DNA of 63,177 nucleotides, the filler included, from Nemertoderma westbladi (taxonomy: Eukaryota; Animalia; Xenacoelomorpha), in NCBI GenBank assembly GCA_032718475.1. It is 4 parts of 4 records of this genome, joined end to end, with 100 filler letters (N's around TTAATTAATTAA, not from the genome) between each part and the next. Parts side by side here need not be neighbours in the genome. Positions count along the whole stretch, not along the records: positions 1 to 14,631 come from JAUCBJ010002690.1; positions 14,732 to 29,558 come from JAUCBJ010004999.1; 2 more parts are not named here. One strand, 5' to 3'. The notes under the pieces were generated by a model, which saw only the letters and a list, made by a program, of their open reading frames with translations, was not told where the DNA came from and made no database searches. Positions within the stretch are counted from its first letter, which is position 1. Each line of letters begins with the position of its first letter. Of the stretch, positions 12,288-24,499 are shown one piece after another. The position numbers and the translations under genes are program-made.

Positions 12288-14026
12288 CTGTAAAGTATTA
12301 AAGTAGTGTTTAGGAGGCGATGTAAATATAGACTACTGTAGCTAGCACAGCTTGAACATTGAAGGTGCATTACATGGATCACTTCTCTCTGACATATAAG
12401 TTTCCAGCACAAGGCCTATGCCTATGTCCATGGTAATGAAGTAATTTATATCTGCAGTAGGTATCCTAGACTGATTTATTTCTTTCCTGAATCTATGGGA
12501 GATAGGAGTGTGAGTTGACAACCAGCCCAGATAACGTTATGATGCTAAAACACAAAGGCTGCTAAAAACCAATATTGCCAAATCATTCAAACAAGTATAT
12601 ATTAATTATTATGGGTATTAATTGAGCCTTACTACACCTTTTAGCTTTTACATCATAACTACTATAATTACTAGACTTAATGACAAACATTGGATATATC
12701 TTTTTACAGAACACAGTAGAACACAGCAGAACACAATAGAATACAGGCGGGACATAGGCGAACACAGTTGTAATTAAAATCTACACCAAAAAATAACACA
12801 CTTTGGAAAGTACCGGCTTTAATCATACAACTGTAAGATGTCAATTACATAGTTAAATTAAATGGTGGTTTTCCATATCCTCCAAAATAAATTACTTTTC
12901 ATTATCCCGTAACCATGGAGAGTTGGTTAGTTCTACAGCAGTACAGTACCGGTAGCTGAGTAGGCCTACATCAGTACATTGGTAATATACTCTACACTGT
13001 GCACTCTCGGTAATTGCACATTAGTCAGTTAGTACCGATATTGCGTATCATATACTGTAGCAGCAGTATTATACTGCTGTGCAACTGTACCACCTTACTA
13101 CTGTACTAGCAGACTGGGCATTATACTGCCTTCTGGACCGCGGACCGAGGTACCCAAATTGCAGATTTTAGTTATGTAATATTAACAGTAGCAGTACATC
13201 GGCATAATATACATTGATGTGAGGAGCTGTGTAATATAAGTATTAGTAAGCCAGCCCTATGATATATGTGTACTGTACCATACCTAACATGTTATTAGAT
13301 GAAGTGTTAATTAACAGTAATAACCATGTGGTTGTAGTGGCCAGTTGCAAGTCATCATAAATCTTAGTTTGAGCCGATCCACTGAACCCCGCTCCCTCCC
13401 GTCTAATATACCCGAAATAACTAGTTCGTGAACCAGCTGTTCTGCTGTACTAGTACTGTACCTGACCTATCATGTTGTAAGGTCATGTGTAAATGCTTAA
13501 ATGTGATGAATCAAAGAATAGATCTAGTCGTGTAACTTTGGCTCAACTTTGGAATATAATAATATATACTGTAGCAGTAGCCCACCATCTGCATAACATT
13601 TATGGAAAAGGGACGATAGTGTTGATGGCTAAACAATAAACCCAAAGAATAATTATAGGTTGGTAATCATTAAACAGATATTGATGCGAGTGGCCGTCCA
13701 ACATTAAATGCTTGTGTGCCAGCTGGTTTGCTGTACTGTACCCGATCTAACATGTTAGGTGATGTGTAAATCTGCTGACTCATTAAAGATTTTAGTCGTA
13801 TGTATATTTCTGTATTTGACCATACTGCCATATGTAATTGTTCATGAGCAAGCTTGATGACCGTTGTATATACTGCCGTCCTATCTTGTTGTTAGATCAG
13901 GTGTGAAGGGGGCGGTTTAATTAAAAGAATCGGAAGCATACTACTGTACTATGTAGATTATAAGGCAATATAATGTACTCTACCTAACATTTTCTTACCT
14001 AGCGGAATTGGGATGCTATCAAAAGG

Positions 14027-14631
14027 CTTTTCCCAGGGGAACTTCCCCCAGAACAAACACAATACTGTTGCTAAATGATTTAGAAATAAGTGATTGCCTA
14101 TATATATACTACTGGTATTTGGTCCGGCCTAATGCTTTTCAATGTAAAATTTGTAATGGAAGCCTATAGGAGCGGACCAACTATCGGTAGTATATCATAC
14201 TCCTGGTATTTGGTCCGCACTATGAGATTTTTAATTACAGAAACAAGTGATTGTCTATATACTGTACTACAGGTATTTGGTCCGGCCTAAAGCTTTCCAA
14301 TGTAAATTTGTAACGGAAGCCTATAGGAGCGGACCAACTATCGGTAGTATATACATACTCCTGGTATTTGGTTCGCACTATGAGATTTTTAATTACCCGC
14401 GATATTGGATTTTTAAACACCAACCCCAAAACATTCCAAGCCCCATTTTTTCTGATTTGGCCCCCAAAGAAACCCTTTTCCCGGGGGAACTTCCCCCAGA
14501 ACAAACACAACACTGTTGCTAAATGATTTAGAAATAGGTGATTGCCTATATATATACTACTGGTATTTGGTCCGGCCTAATGCTTTTTAATGTAAAATTT
14601 GTAATGGAAGCCTATAGGAGCGGACCAACTA
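14027..14631. repeat. Tandem repeat of about 450-bp period with about 160-bp internal subrepeats, running into the contig end
   Basis: GAACTTCCCCCAGAACAAACACAA occurs at about 14039 and 14487; GAAGCCTATAGGAGCGGACCAACTA occurs three times. Confidence 0.85.
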
Positions 14632-14731
14632 NNNNNNNNNNNNNNNNNNNNNNNNNNNNNNNNNNNNNNNNNNNNTTAATTAATTAANNNNNNNNNNNNN
14701 NNNNNNNNNNNNNNNNNNNNNNNNNNNNNNN
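14632..14731. other. Artificial contig linker (N-TTAATTAATTAA-N)
   Basis: The same 100-bp construct occurs three times; the central 12-mer puts stops in all six frames. Confidence 0.97.
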
Positions 14732-15774
14732 TGAAGTTTGGTAGCAAATCATGATGCTTTTCTAAAAAATACATTTGACGTTTTGATTTGGATACGAGAT
14801 ATCAATGAACGTCTAGCTCCCCTTCCGCCAAACTCTAGCTTTTTGTGCCTTGATGTATCAAATTTCCTTCCCTTCAGTTGATAACTGCATGGGTTTAGCG
14901 GCAGTTGAGGAAACTCTGGAACAATACAGAACAATTGTTGCAGAAGGTGACCCACCTAATGAATGCATATTAGAAGCTCTTAAAATTTGCCTTGAAAGCA
15001 ATAATTGTGCTTTCAATGGCAAACACTTCACCCAGTCTGGGGGTTCAGCTATGGGACCTTCTTATTCTTGTACCTACACCGATATATGGGGAGCCAAATT
15101 CATTGACACGGCAGTGTCTTCCTTCAATAACAGTCCACAAGAATACAAAAGATACCGAGACGACATTATTTCCTTTGGAATTAATTTTTCGGAAGATATT
15201 ATTACAAATTTAGTCACACATTTAAATGAGACAGTACTTCCCGGAAAGATCATCTTTAAGTTAGAACAATTTGGTAAAGAAGTAAATTTTCTGGATTTAA
15301 CTATTTTTTTTGATGACAGTGGATACATCCAAACTAAAAATTATCACAAGCCTATGGACGTACATCAGTATTTGTGTCCTTCAAGCGCACATCCACGTTC
15401 ACAGATTCAAAACATCCCTTATGGTGTAGCTTTACGCTTGCGCAGGAATTGTAGTTTAGATTCAGATCTTTTTTCTAGTCTCATTGAGTATGGTTCTGCA
15501 TTTGTCGCGAGAGGCTGGGATGAGAAAATTGTTGCTCAACAATTTGCTTCTGCAGCAGTCAGTACGCAGTTTCAAGCCCTTAAAGTAAAAAAAGACAAGC
15601 CTAGAAAGAATAAAAAGAAACAACTTTTCTATGTACACAATAATGACCCTCTATTACCTAACCCCAAGGTGATTATTTCAAAACATTCCACAATTCTAGA
15701 TGAACATTCAATGACAAAATCTTTTTGGAGTAGTCATAAATTGGAAGTTGTAACTCGCCGCGCACCAACCTTAA

Positions 15775-17327
15775 CCCTATTAAACCCGGGGGGGGGTCAA
15801 TATGACCCCTCCCGTGGTTTTTTTATTATAATTCTGAAACAAACGCAGTTGGAATTCTGAAATTTTATGACTTTTCCTAAAAATCTATTGTCTTCCTAGT
15901 AGTGAAAACCGTTTTCAAAAATATTGGGTAGTTTTCGAGTTATAGCACCATTTTTTAACCCTACTTTTGGCACTTTTTTTGAGACGTTTTTTGAAAATTA
16001 CATTTCATTAAATATTAATTGTAACATCTCTATTTTTTATTTACACCGGTTTTTTGGTGTTAGCAATTGGATGGAATTCATATAAATTGATTTAGAAATT
16101 TCAAACTTGTTTTTTTCGGCGAGTGCCAAATTTTGGTGCCAGCACCAAATTTTGAAATATGTCAATTTTGTAAATTGATTGTTTGAAACTTGTTTTTTAC
16201 GCAATTTGGGTTTTTTGGGGTTCTGGTTTCGATGAAATATATACGAGTTGCACCAAGCGTATCAAACTTGTATTTTTCGGTGCTGTGTGCTAATTTTGGT
16301 GCTAGCACGAAATTTTGAAAATCCATTCAATAGATAAAATTGCTTGTGACAATTTATTTCTTGCATTTTATAGGTTTATGGCTGTTCTGAATTCAATGGA
16401 ATATATAATTATCGAACTAGACATCTCAAACTTGTATTTTTCGGAAGTGGGTGCAAAATGTGGTGCTAGCACCAAATTTTGAAAACCATCAAATATATCA
16501 ATTGATTGTGTCATCTTGTTTCTTGCGTTATACGGGTTTGTTAGGGTTCTGAATTCAATGGAATCAATAAAAATTTCATAAGAGTTTTCAAACTTGTATT
16601 TTTCGCCGGTGGGTGAAAATTGTTGTTTTGCACCAAATTTTGGAAAATGAGTAAATTGATCAGTAGATAGTATCATCTTGTTTCTTGCGTTATACGGGTT
16701 TATGAGGGTCCTGAATCCGATGGAAACAATAAAAACAGCACTGGACATCGCAAACTTGTACTTTTTGGTGATGGGTACGAAATTTGGTGCTAGCACCAAA
16801 ATTTGCCAAATTACGCCGACAAATACAAGTAGCAATGATCTGGCATATTTGAAATGTATTCCATTAGAATCAGCGCCCAAGAAAACCTAAAAATGTGAAT
16901 TTATAGCATCGTATAAGTGAATTAAAAATTTTGTGTTCTAACTGAAAAGTGCTGGTTACTTGTTTTTTTCATTTTTTTCCTACGCATAGAGGACTAAACA
17001 GCCATTTATGGTAATCATATCATTTTTAAATATTTTCCAATGTATTTTGCGCCCCAGAAAACCTGTATTGAAAAACAATTAGCCGAAAAATGTAACTTTC
17101 AAATTTTGTGAAAATTGTGCACTACTTGTAATTTTGGTGCTGCAATATTACCACTCCAGTCCATTTTTTTGAAAATTTTTTTTTCGGTCGGATCCAGACT
17201 AGTGATACCTACGTACAAACAAAAAATCAGACCTTTTCGTTAATATTTGTAGATTTTAGAGGGAGGGGTCAATATGACCCCCCCCCCCGGTATTTGTACA
17301 GCATTTTATAGCCCGGTACTAATAGGG
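15775..17327. mobile_element. piggyBac-like non-autonomous DNA transposon with TTAA TSD
   Basis: TTAA at 15771-74 and 17328-31; ends CCCTATTAAACCCGGG and CCCGGTACTAATAGGG; subterminal GGGGTCAATATGACCCC palindrome at both ends; internal about 180-bp subrepeats. Removal restores the Penelope frame. Confidence 0.9.
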
Positions 17328-17417
17328 TTAAAGAATATCCTTGCGCCATCCAGACTGAGGTGTACAAGGGAACTTTCACCTTGTGATTTTCTAGGAGTTC
17401 ATAAATGTGACACGTTC

Positions 17418-18972
17418 GTGGGGACTTCGCGCAGCACGAGGCCTAGTTATTATATACAAATTAAAATGCAGCGACTGTATCACAAAATCAGGTTTTGAGA
17501 AATTTACCCACACCACCAATCAATCAAAGAAAGGTGGACAGTACGTGTTCACCCCTTTTAATCTCCCCCCCCCCCCCCCCACCCTTCCCAACCACCAATA
17601 CATAACCGCGACATCTACCACCCACGGAAGGGTAGCACGAACTTATTTCCAATCGCACGTTAAATATGCAAAGCCAGGTGGTTTATAGGAATATAATAAA
17701 CGCAGTACTCGTTTTCATTATAAGCCTCTTTGCGTTCGTCCTGTTTTGTATTTAAATATATTTCTTAAACGCAAGCTAGGACGATCTTTATAATAATAAT
17801 AACTAGGGATGCGATCAATATGTGAAGCCAGGTGGTTTATATAATAATTTAGTCAACGCAGTACTCGTCTTCATTATATGCCTCGTTGCGCTCGTCGCTT
17901 GTCCTGTTTTGTCATAAAATATTTTTCCTAAACGCAGACTGACGATCTTTATACAGTTATAACTATGCGAAGTTTCGAAACTGTGCGAGTAACTGTTGAT
18001 ACATCTATGTGGAGATGTGTGATATGTGGAGATGTGTGATACAACGCCAACGCATCTTATGCCGATGTAGTAATATGGGTATTGAAATAATATTAAATCA
18101 ATGTACACTCTTAAAGCTGCAGCGAAAAAATGTAGCTAATTTCCTAGGTTACATATAAAATAATAATATTATTTTTAAGAACATTAATTTTACTACTTTG
18201 CAAAAATTCAATTAAAAAATAACCAGACATATACATTGTGGAATAAACTATTTCAGAAGCCTACAACAGCCATGCCATGGATTGTATTTATGTTATTATA
18301 TCTGTCATTTAACTGAGATAGCAATAGTAGTAATAGTCGAACGGTTATGCGGCCCGTCCAGCCTATAATAAACACAATTCAGTGATTGGGCTGGAATAGC
18401 AATACTGGTTGCCTCTATTACAATTCCTCTCAGGTTAGTCTACAGCCACAACTCCCAGCAGCTAGCTCCACACCAGCAGAGACTTGACCAATAATGGGAA
18501 GGATTCAATTTGTACTCAATAATTGTGCGGTTTAATTACGTTTAGATCAATTAAAGACACATTTATTAAAGCAAATCACTTAAACTAATTAAAAACTATA
18601 ATAGAATGGCGTATGGGGATTATATCTGTATAATTTTTAAGTATAATTATTTAAATCTTATACTGTAAAACAATTAATTTCCTTTAAAAGGCAGGTTGAA
18701 AATGGCGTTTTCACCGCAATCAACTTAATTAACTAATTAACTGCTATTATCTTAGCTTCTCGAAGGCCACACGGAAATTCTACTTGGAAAATTTCTAAAC
18801 TTTTGCCAAACAACATGTGTACCAAGTTTGGATAGATTTCATCAAAGATTGGCCGAGTTATTAACGTTTAAAATTGAACACGACAGAACGACAGAACGAC
18901 AGAACGACAGAACGACAGGTTGATTAATGGTACCACTACGCTAAGGCTCACTCACTTCGTGGCTCGCCCCAC
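17418..18972. mobile_element. 1.55-kb element with GTGGGG...CCCCAC ends, no TSD, and (CGACAGAA)n tract
   Basis: Ends GTGGGGACTTCGCGCAGCACGA and TTCGTGGCTCGCCCCAC match 10935-11412. Removal gives in-frame HKCDTF|RAACVPC in the Penelope ORF. Confidence 0.85.
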
Positions 18973-19524
18973 AGAGCGGCATGTGTCCCCTGTAAAGTAT
19001 TATTACCTTTAAAATATGTCAGCTCAACAACTAACAAAAGCCACAGGGTTTATATAAAGAAGGATTTATCTTGCAATGCTAAAAATGTTATTTATGTGGT
19101 TACTTGCCTTAAATGTAACTTATTTGGTATCGGTTCAACAGAGGACTTAAAGCCTAGGATAGCCAACTACAAGACAAAGATAATTAATGACAAACCATCG
19201 ACTGCCATCGACAGACATTTTACTAACTCGGGTCATTCTTACAATGCACACTTCAGAATTACACCATTTGATTGTCTACCGATCTCAGCAAACAAAAAAC
19301 TGAACCGACAAAAACTCAGAATTAAAGAGGGAGAATGGCAGTGCCGGTTGGAAACTTTACAACCAATGGGTTTGAATGTTCTCAACGAGACGGTGATCAA
19401 TAACTTTGGACTTGATGTTTTCAATCCTTAAGAATTATAAAGATTAAAGATTCACAGATTTAACAAACTCATTAGTTGCTAGGGTAGTATTATTATTTGT
19501 AGTGCATTAATTCTAGAATATCGT

Positions 19525-19564
19525 TTATTTGAAAAAGATAGAGAGAGCTATCGAAAGCTAATAA
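19525..19564 (+). ncRNA. Minimal hammerhead-ribozyme-like motif at the Penelope 3' end
   Basis: TTAT-TTGAAAAA-GATAG(agagag)CTATC-GAA-AGCT-A-ATAA gives stem I, a variant core, 5-bp stem II and palindromic stem III; lies about 95 nt after the GIY-YIG stop. Confidence 0.6.
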
Positions 19565-20144
19565 TAAAAAAATAAATTTTTAGTGATTGATCATATAAGA
19601 TGTCACCTATTGAATTCTTAAAATATTATTATACTAAAACAGCTTGATCTCACACCCTACAGTCATATTCCCTAACTTTCTTTACTTAATTTAAACTTAT
19701 ATTATCTAATATATATATCTTAACGGGATTTAGAATTAGTTACTGTATGTATGTATGTACTGTATGTGTATAGTTACTGTAGTATAAAGCCTCAGCACTT
19801 ACAAACTGCTTCAAGGGGGCGTGATAGTTACATGTAAACCGTTCTGTTATATTGTGTTGTTGGCTAGTAAATGTACGTATGACTTATATATATCACAGGT
19901 AGGACATTACTTGGCACACACGCTGATTAAAATCGGCTACATGATCATAAACTAAAGTGGATAGTTCTTCCATGCTGCATGGAACCTGGGAAACCTTTAG
20001 CTTATATAGGTCTGCCCATGCCATGTTATTAAACCGGAAGAACCTATGAAGTCCCGGGTGGGCATAATGTAAGTCGATTAAGTGATGCAATTCCTCCCCA
20101 TAAACCTCCTGTTCAATAGCTACAGTCCCAGTTGCCACTACTTG

Positions 20145-20820
20145 CGTGGACCTTTTGGAGTTCGTATGAATAAAATAAACCATTTATTATAGCTCCAGCG
20201 CTGTCCTTAATATCAAACATTACTGCCGGCACTCTATCCAATCTGACCCGATGAATAATAAATAATTTACGAGTCCATTGTTCTCAATAGCCTTTAGCAA
20301 AAGCAGTACGCGCAATAGATAATCGTACTGTATCTCCAACTTTAAATTTTATTTTCTTGTGATTAATCTGTCTATATTTCCCATATAATCTATTCATTAA
20401 TTCAGTTTCATTAAGTTTATTATCTTCAATGGGCTTCATTTGTATAGTCCTATGAAATGACCTATTATAAGTGGAAATAAGCTTTGGTAAAATTTTTATC
20501 CAAACATTATTCCCGCATTGTGTGAAAATTTTGCACATTTCTGTCTTTAATGTTTTATTAAATCTTTCGACTATAGCCGCCTTATTCACAGAGTACATTA
20601 CGTAATACCGTACACCGATAGTATCTAAATATTTCCTCACAGGTGTATTTAAAAATTCAGATCCTTGGTCAGTAGCGATTCTGTTTGGTTTGCCTTTCTG
20701 GAATATTTTTTGCAATATATTAATAATTTCAATACCTGTTTTTGTTTTCATCCTGTAGGCGAAAGCAAGCCGGCTAAAGAATGTCAATACATGTTAATAT
20801 AATTAGCCATTTTTATTTTA
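20145..20820 (-). pseudogene. Maverick/Polinton retroviral-type integrase, core and C-terminal part
   Basis: ILTCIDI/FSR, IATDQGSEF, KAAIVERFNKTLK, YN.SFHRTIQMKP, FKVGDTVRLS, FAKGY*EQWTRKLF...GLFYSYELQK; includes a frameshift and an internal stop. Confidence 0.9.
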
Positions 20821-20824
20821 ATGA

Positions 20825-23536
20825 ATTAATTAGTAATAATAATTAAATACAACAATTATATCACATATCAATATAATATAAAACTAAAAGTAATATTGTA
20901 ATATACGATACATTGAACATTGCGTTAGAGTATGCTACGGCAAAGGCTACTGACCGGGCCCTAATCCCCAAAGAGTCCACCAGGGGATGGGCCAGCAGTT
21001 GCCAGGACAGACGCCGCGTTGCCCACCAGAATGGCCATGACGATACGCTGAAGTAGAAACCTGTGGGAGCGCGGCTCATGAGTCATGGTGTGGAGACGGG
21101 ACCCAATCTCCTGGAGGAAGGATGACGTCTCCGGACCGGGGCGCCCCAGGGTCTTGAACGCAACAGGGTGAAATATATGACCCTGCTCCATCACCTCCGC
21201 ATATGTCAAGTTCTTTCCCTGTTCGGCACCCTCTGCAGCACGACCCCCTGCAATTAGCGTCTGTTGGCGGTGACTAGGGGCAAGGGGGTCAACCACTGTG
21301 GCATCCCAGGTTAGCATTCGACAATGGGACCAAGGCACAAGTGTCACCCCGTCTACACGCTTCCCGTCATTGCGGCAGAGTCCTGATGGTTCCAGAATGG
21401 AGGGAACCCCACAGCTGACCAATGCCCGTCTCACAATATCATTAACCATGGTGTGGCAAGGGAACCAGCCTGCGCTCCTCCGGCATGAGAGACCATGTAG
21501 ACCATTGGACGCTACTGGATTGCCACAACGGTCGCAGATGTGGGGCTCTACCACCTTTTCTCCAAGGCGAATGGCGATGGCAATTCGAAACTGCGCATCG
21601 CTTAGTTTTAGCCCCAGAGCTGCACTTGGAAGAGCATCAAGCCAGCAGCCAGCGGTCGGGTGATCGAGGGAGTCCAGTCGAGCAAGGTCGAGAGTAGAAG
21701 CTACAAGACGGAGGGTGGCGAGGCTTTCTTGATGGATGGGCGCCATCCACACCCTCTGTGTTGACACAGTGGGTGGTGCTGAGTCAGGGGGGAGTGACGC
21801 ATTCCGTATGGTCATGGCTAATTCCCGTGCTGGGCTCGGCATCCCTGCGGAAGGGTACAAGCGGTTTGAAAGGGTTGAACATGCAGCCGCAGAAGCCAGG
21901 AAGGCAGAGGGTGCGAGCTGCACTGCTGATCCCAAACCAAGACCGCCAACCCGTGCTGGTAGGCAAGCCTGGGCCCTTGCTGGGTCACCAATTTCTGTAT
22001 TGGCAACCACTTGGAGGGCACCACGAAGCACTCGATCATAGTCCCTAAGAAGGGTGGGGAACCTAAAACATGGGGCAGCCCTAAGGAAGTACATCAGCCT
22101 GGGTATGGCAAATGAGTTCCTCAGGAGGAAAAAGCCGTGATGTGCATCAAGGAGTGGAAGCCGGCTAACTAGAGTGGTGAGGTCGCCGACCTTGGCTGTG
22201 AGGCAAGAGGCGATGGCAGATTCTCTGATGGGGGCACCAAGAATGGTCAGCTGATCCAGCGGCGGGCATGGGATGCCGCCACAGATAGCATCGAACTCCA
22301 TCTGGATCTGGGCACGTGATTCTTCTGTCTCGGGCCCCAAGAAAAACAACTCGCTCTTTGTGGGGTTAATCATCAGCCCAAGTTTCCTCCCATCATCGAT
22401 CAACCTTGAGAGGTCCCTCAGCACAACCCGATGGTCATCAGCTAGGTTTCCATCGTCCAGGTACCAGACATTGAAAGCCGATTCCAATGCCTGGATGGTT
22501 GGGTTTTCTGTGTCTCCGAACAGCTGCGGGCCATCTGTGTCCCCTTGTTGTACGCCCTCGTCAGAGAGTAGGACTTGGTCACCATTAAGGAGAAAGGTTG
22601 CCTCCCCATAGGCAGCAAGGGTGTAATTATAAATCGCGGGATGAGCAGCATGGACAGTCTCCAGCATTGAGTCTCGGCGGATTGAGTTGAATGCATTACT
22701 AAAATCTATTTTTAGCAACACGAAACCCGCCGGATTTTCCCCATTGACCAGCGCCCTTACTGCGTGGGCAGCCCCCTCCGCACCTAACTTGCAGCCAATA
22801 CCCAGCTGAACCGATCCATATGACTCTGTCCGTTTCTCTGCAGCTAAGGTTCCAGAGAACTTGCCACACAAACGACGAAGGGTAACCCCAACAGCTATGG
22901 GACGGATTCCCGGCACACTCTTCTTGAATGCAAACAAGTTTGCCCCAAAGAATATAGGCCGGATAGCAGTTGGCACCTTGCCCGCCATGGTAACATCAAC
23001 GAACCTTGCTAGGGATGACAGGAGGCGTTCTTCAGCTTCGCCATTTGTTGGGGTGACAAGATCCTTATATATCTGAGGCCGCACCCCATCTGGGCCTCCA
23101 GCACTCACGCTAGGGAAGGATGAGATCAACCTCCGGAGTATCGTGGGGGTACAAGGGCGAGCAGACGAGGTGACAGGCGGTGGTGGGTCTCTTCTATCAT
23201 CTGGTCTAGCAGGGTGCTTTCCCTGTAGCAACTCTAGTGTCTCCGGTGTGTTGGGGGCAATGGCGTTCTTCGAGGAAGCTAACAGTATAGCTCCCTTGAT
23301 ATCACCATCCTCTATCTTCTCTGCCACCATGGTTGCCAGTCTAACCGACTCCTCCTGGGGCCTCTGGCAATAGGGGCCAGATGTCCGAGATGGTGGTGTT
23401 GGAAAACCTGAACCTGAATTAACCATGGCACTGAAATCGGCGATCCTTTGGTTAATGAGGGAAGCAAGAGATCGCTGGTGTTTCCTCCCCCCTCGACTTG
23501 GCGCTGGGATACAGAAGTGGCCAGTGGATACAGTGG
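20825..23536 (-). mobile_element. CRE-clade-like non-LTR retrotransposon (RT, CCHC, restriction-like endonuclease), 5'-truncated; ORF 20961-23426
   Basis: SAGGPDG, GIRPIAVG..LRR, QLGIG, DFSNAFNSI, GVQQGD, WYLDDG, LPARVGGLG, CDRC...HGLSC, DGKRVDG...WDATV. GC-rich relative to its flanks; sits inside the integrase. Confidence 0.88.
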
Positions 23537-23833
23537 TTAATATATAGTTAGAATTATTATTTTGTAATTTATATCCACCAGATCTATCATATATATATCA
23601 TTTAGCCCTCCCATAAATATTTTAGATGTTGGATAATGATGTCTATGTGGTGCGTGAAGGGTATATGTCTTTTGGCCGCTTAACCATTTCTGGGCTTGAG
23701 ATAGTTTGATGTTTGCTGCTTTTGCCAATTTTGTGATACTTGCAAAGCCCGCAGGTGATGAAGGATCTGAATAAATTCTTAACAGTTTTTTGTCTAAGCT
23801 CCGGTTTAAAATCGGTCTCATCTTGCGTGTCAT
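23537..23833 (-). pseudogene. Maverick integrase N-terminal part, cut off by the CRE insertion
   Basis: LRIYSDPSSPAGFAS..KL...KWLSGQKTYTLHAP.R...YMIDLVD is typical of Maverick integrase N-termini and includes the first catalytic Asp. Confidence 0.85.
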
Positions 23834-24077
23834 CTTTTCGACAACTGCAAGTAATATTTATATTCAAATCTCTTATAAAGGGCATCAACGTAAAAACAGC
23901 TGAAATTTTTTTATTTTCTTTGAAGTTGATGATTTTTTTGATCTTTTCTGATCTTTTTGTATTTACTCTAGGTATATCTTGAGGTTTTAAAACAGTAGCT
24001 AATGGTTTACTCGATTCTAAATATAATTTTCTAAATGTTACTTCCATTTTAACCATTATTATTATTATTATTACCAT
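23643..24077 (-). CDS. Lys-rich hypothetical ORF within the Maverick segment
   Basis: Position between the small core-like gene and the integrase, same strand; no recognisable motif; 3' part overlaps the integrase. Confidence 0.3.
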   Translation of the reverse strand: MVIIIIIMVKMEVTFRKLYLESSKPLATVLKPQDIPRVNTKRSEKIKKIINFKENKKISAVFTLMPFIRDLNINITCSCRKDDTQDETDFKPELRQKTVKNLFRSFITCGLCKYHKIGKSSKHQTISSPEMVKRPKDIYPSRTT

Positions 24078-24457
24078 CCACGGTTAATTATTTTCGCAAT
24101 AGCTGCCCCAGCGGCAGCGGCACCAGCCCCCGCAGTGAGTTTCGCGCCAATGCCGAGTAAGGGTATTAGAAACGGCGGAAGTATACCACCAGATTGATTG
24201 GTTAACTTTTTTCTGTAACTTGATATATTTTTTGTTTTGTGGTTGAGTGATTTTAATACCTTTTTATAATAATGAATATTTCTAAATGAATGAAGGGACA
24301 ATTGTACGTTACCTTTTAGAACATTTAAAGCAGTATTTACAATGAGGCGTATTAATTCGTTACTCGCGGTATGGTTAATAAAATAAGTTCTTTGTTGAGG
24401 GGTAGCGCTGCGTAAAAATTCCAATTCATTACGATATTTCTGCATAAGTCTATTCAT
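24071..24457 (-). CDS. Small conserved Maverick/adintovirus virion-type protein (128 aa)
   Basis: ALNVLKGNVQLS...KKLTNQSGGILPPFLIPLLG: basic region, QxGG putative adenain site and hydrophobic tail; directly downstream of the ATPase. Confidence 0.7.
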   Translation of the reverse strand: MNRLMQKYRNELEFLRSATPQQRTYFINHTASNELIRLIVNTALNVLKGNVQLSLHSFRNIHYYKKVLKSLNHKTKNISSYRKKLTNQSGGILPPFLIPLLGIGAKLTAGAGAAAAGAAIAKIINRGW

Positions 24458-24499
24458 TGTTGCGACATTATTGAAAATTTTTACAAAATAGGAATTTTA

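Larger units (their letters stand above)
14732..19620 (+). mobile_element. Penelope-like retroelement (RT, Cys linker, GIY-YIG endonuclease) interrupted by two insertions
   Basis: RT: LDVSN/FPSVD (frameshift near 14865), QSGGSAMG, YKRYRDDI, FLDL, YHKPMD.HQYL...SAHP. Linker: RRAPT|LKNILAPS, C-x6-C-x2-C. Endonuclease: VIYVVTCLKC...GIGST...RI.NY...EGEWQ..L.T..P.GLN (to 19431). Confidence 0.92.

Noticed and set aside
14632-14731. TTAATTAATTAA motif inside N runs (three times) as a biological site
   Set aside because: Identical six-frame-stop assembly linker.
16368-16880. 170-aa ORF as a piggyBac transposase
   Set aside because: It translates the internal about 180-bp subrepeats and has no DDD motifs.
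19893-20183. 96-aa ORF as a Maverick gene
   Set aside because: Its start overlaps the integrase tail out of frame; the rest has only a weak HxxHPG resemblance to LTR integrase debris.
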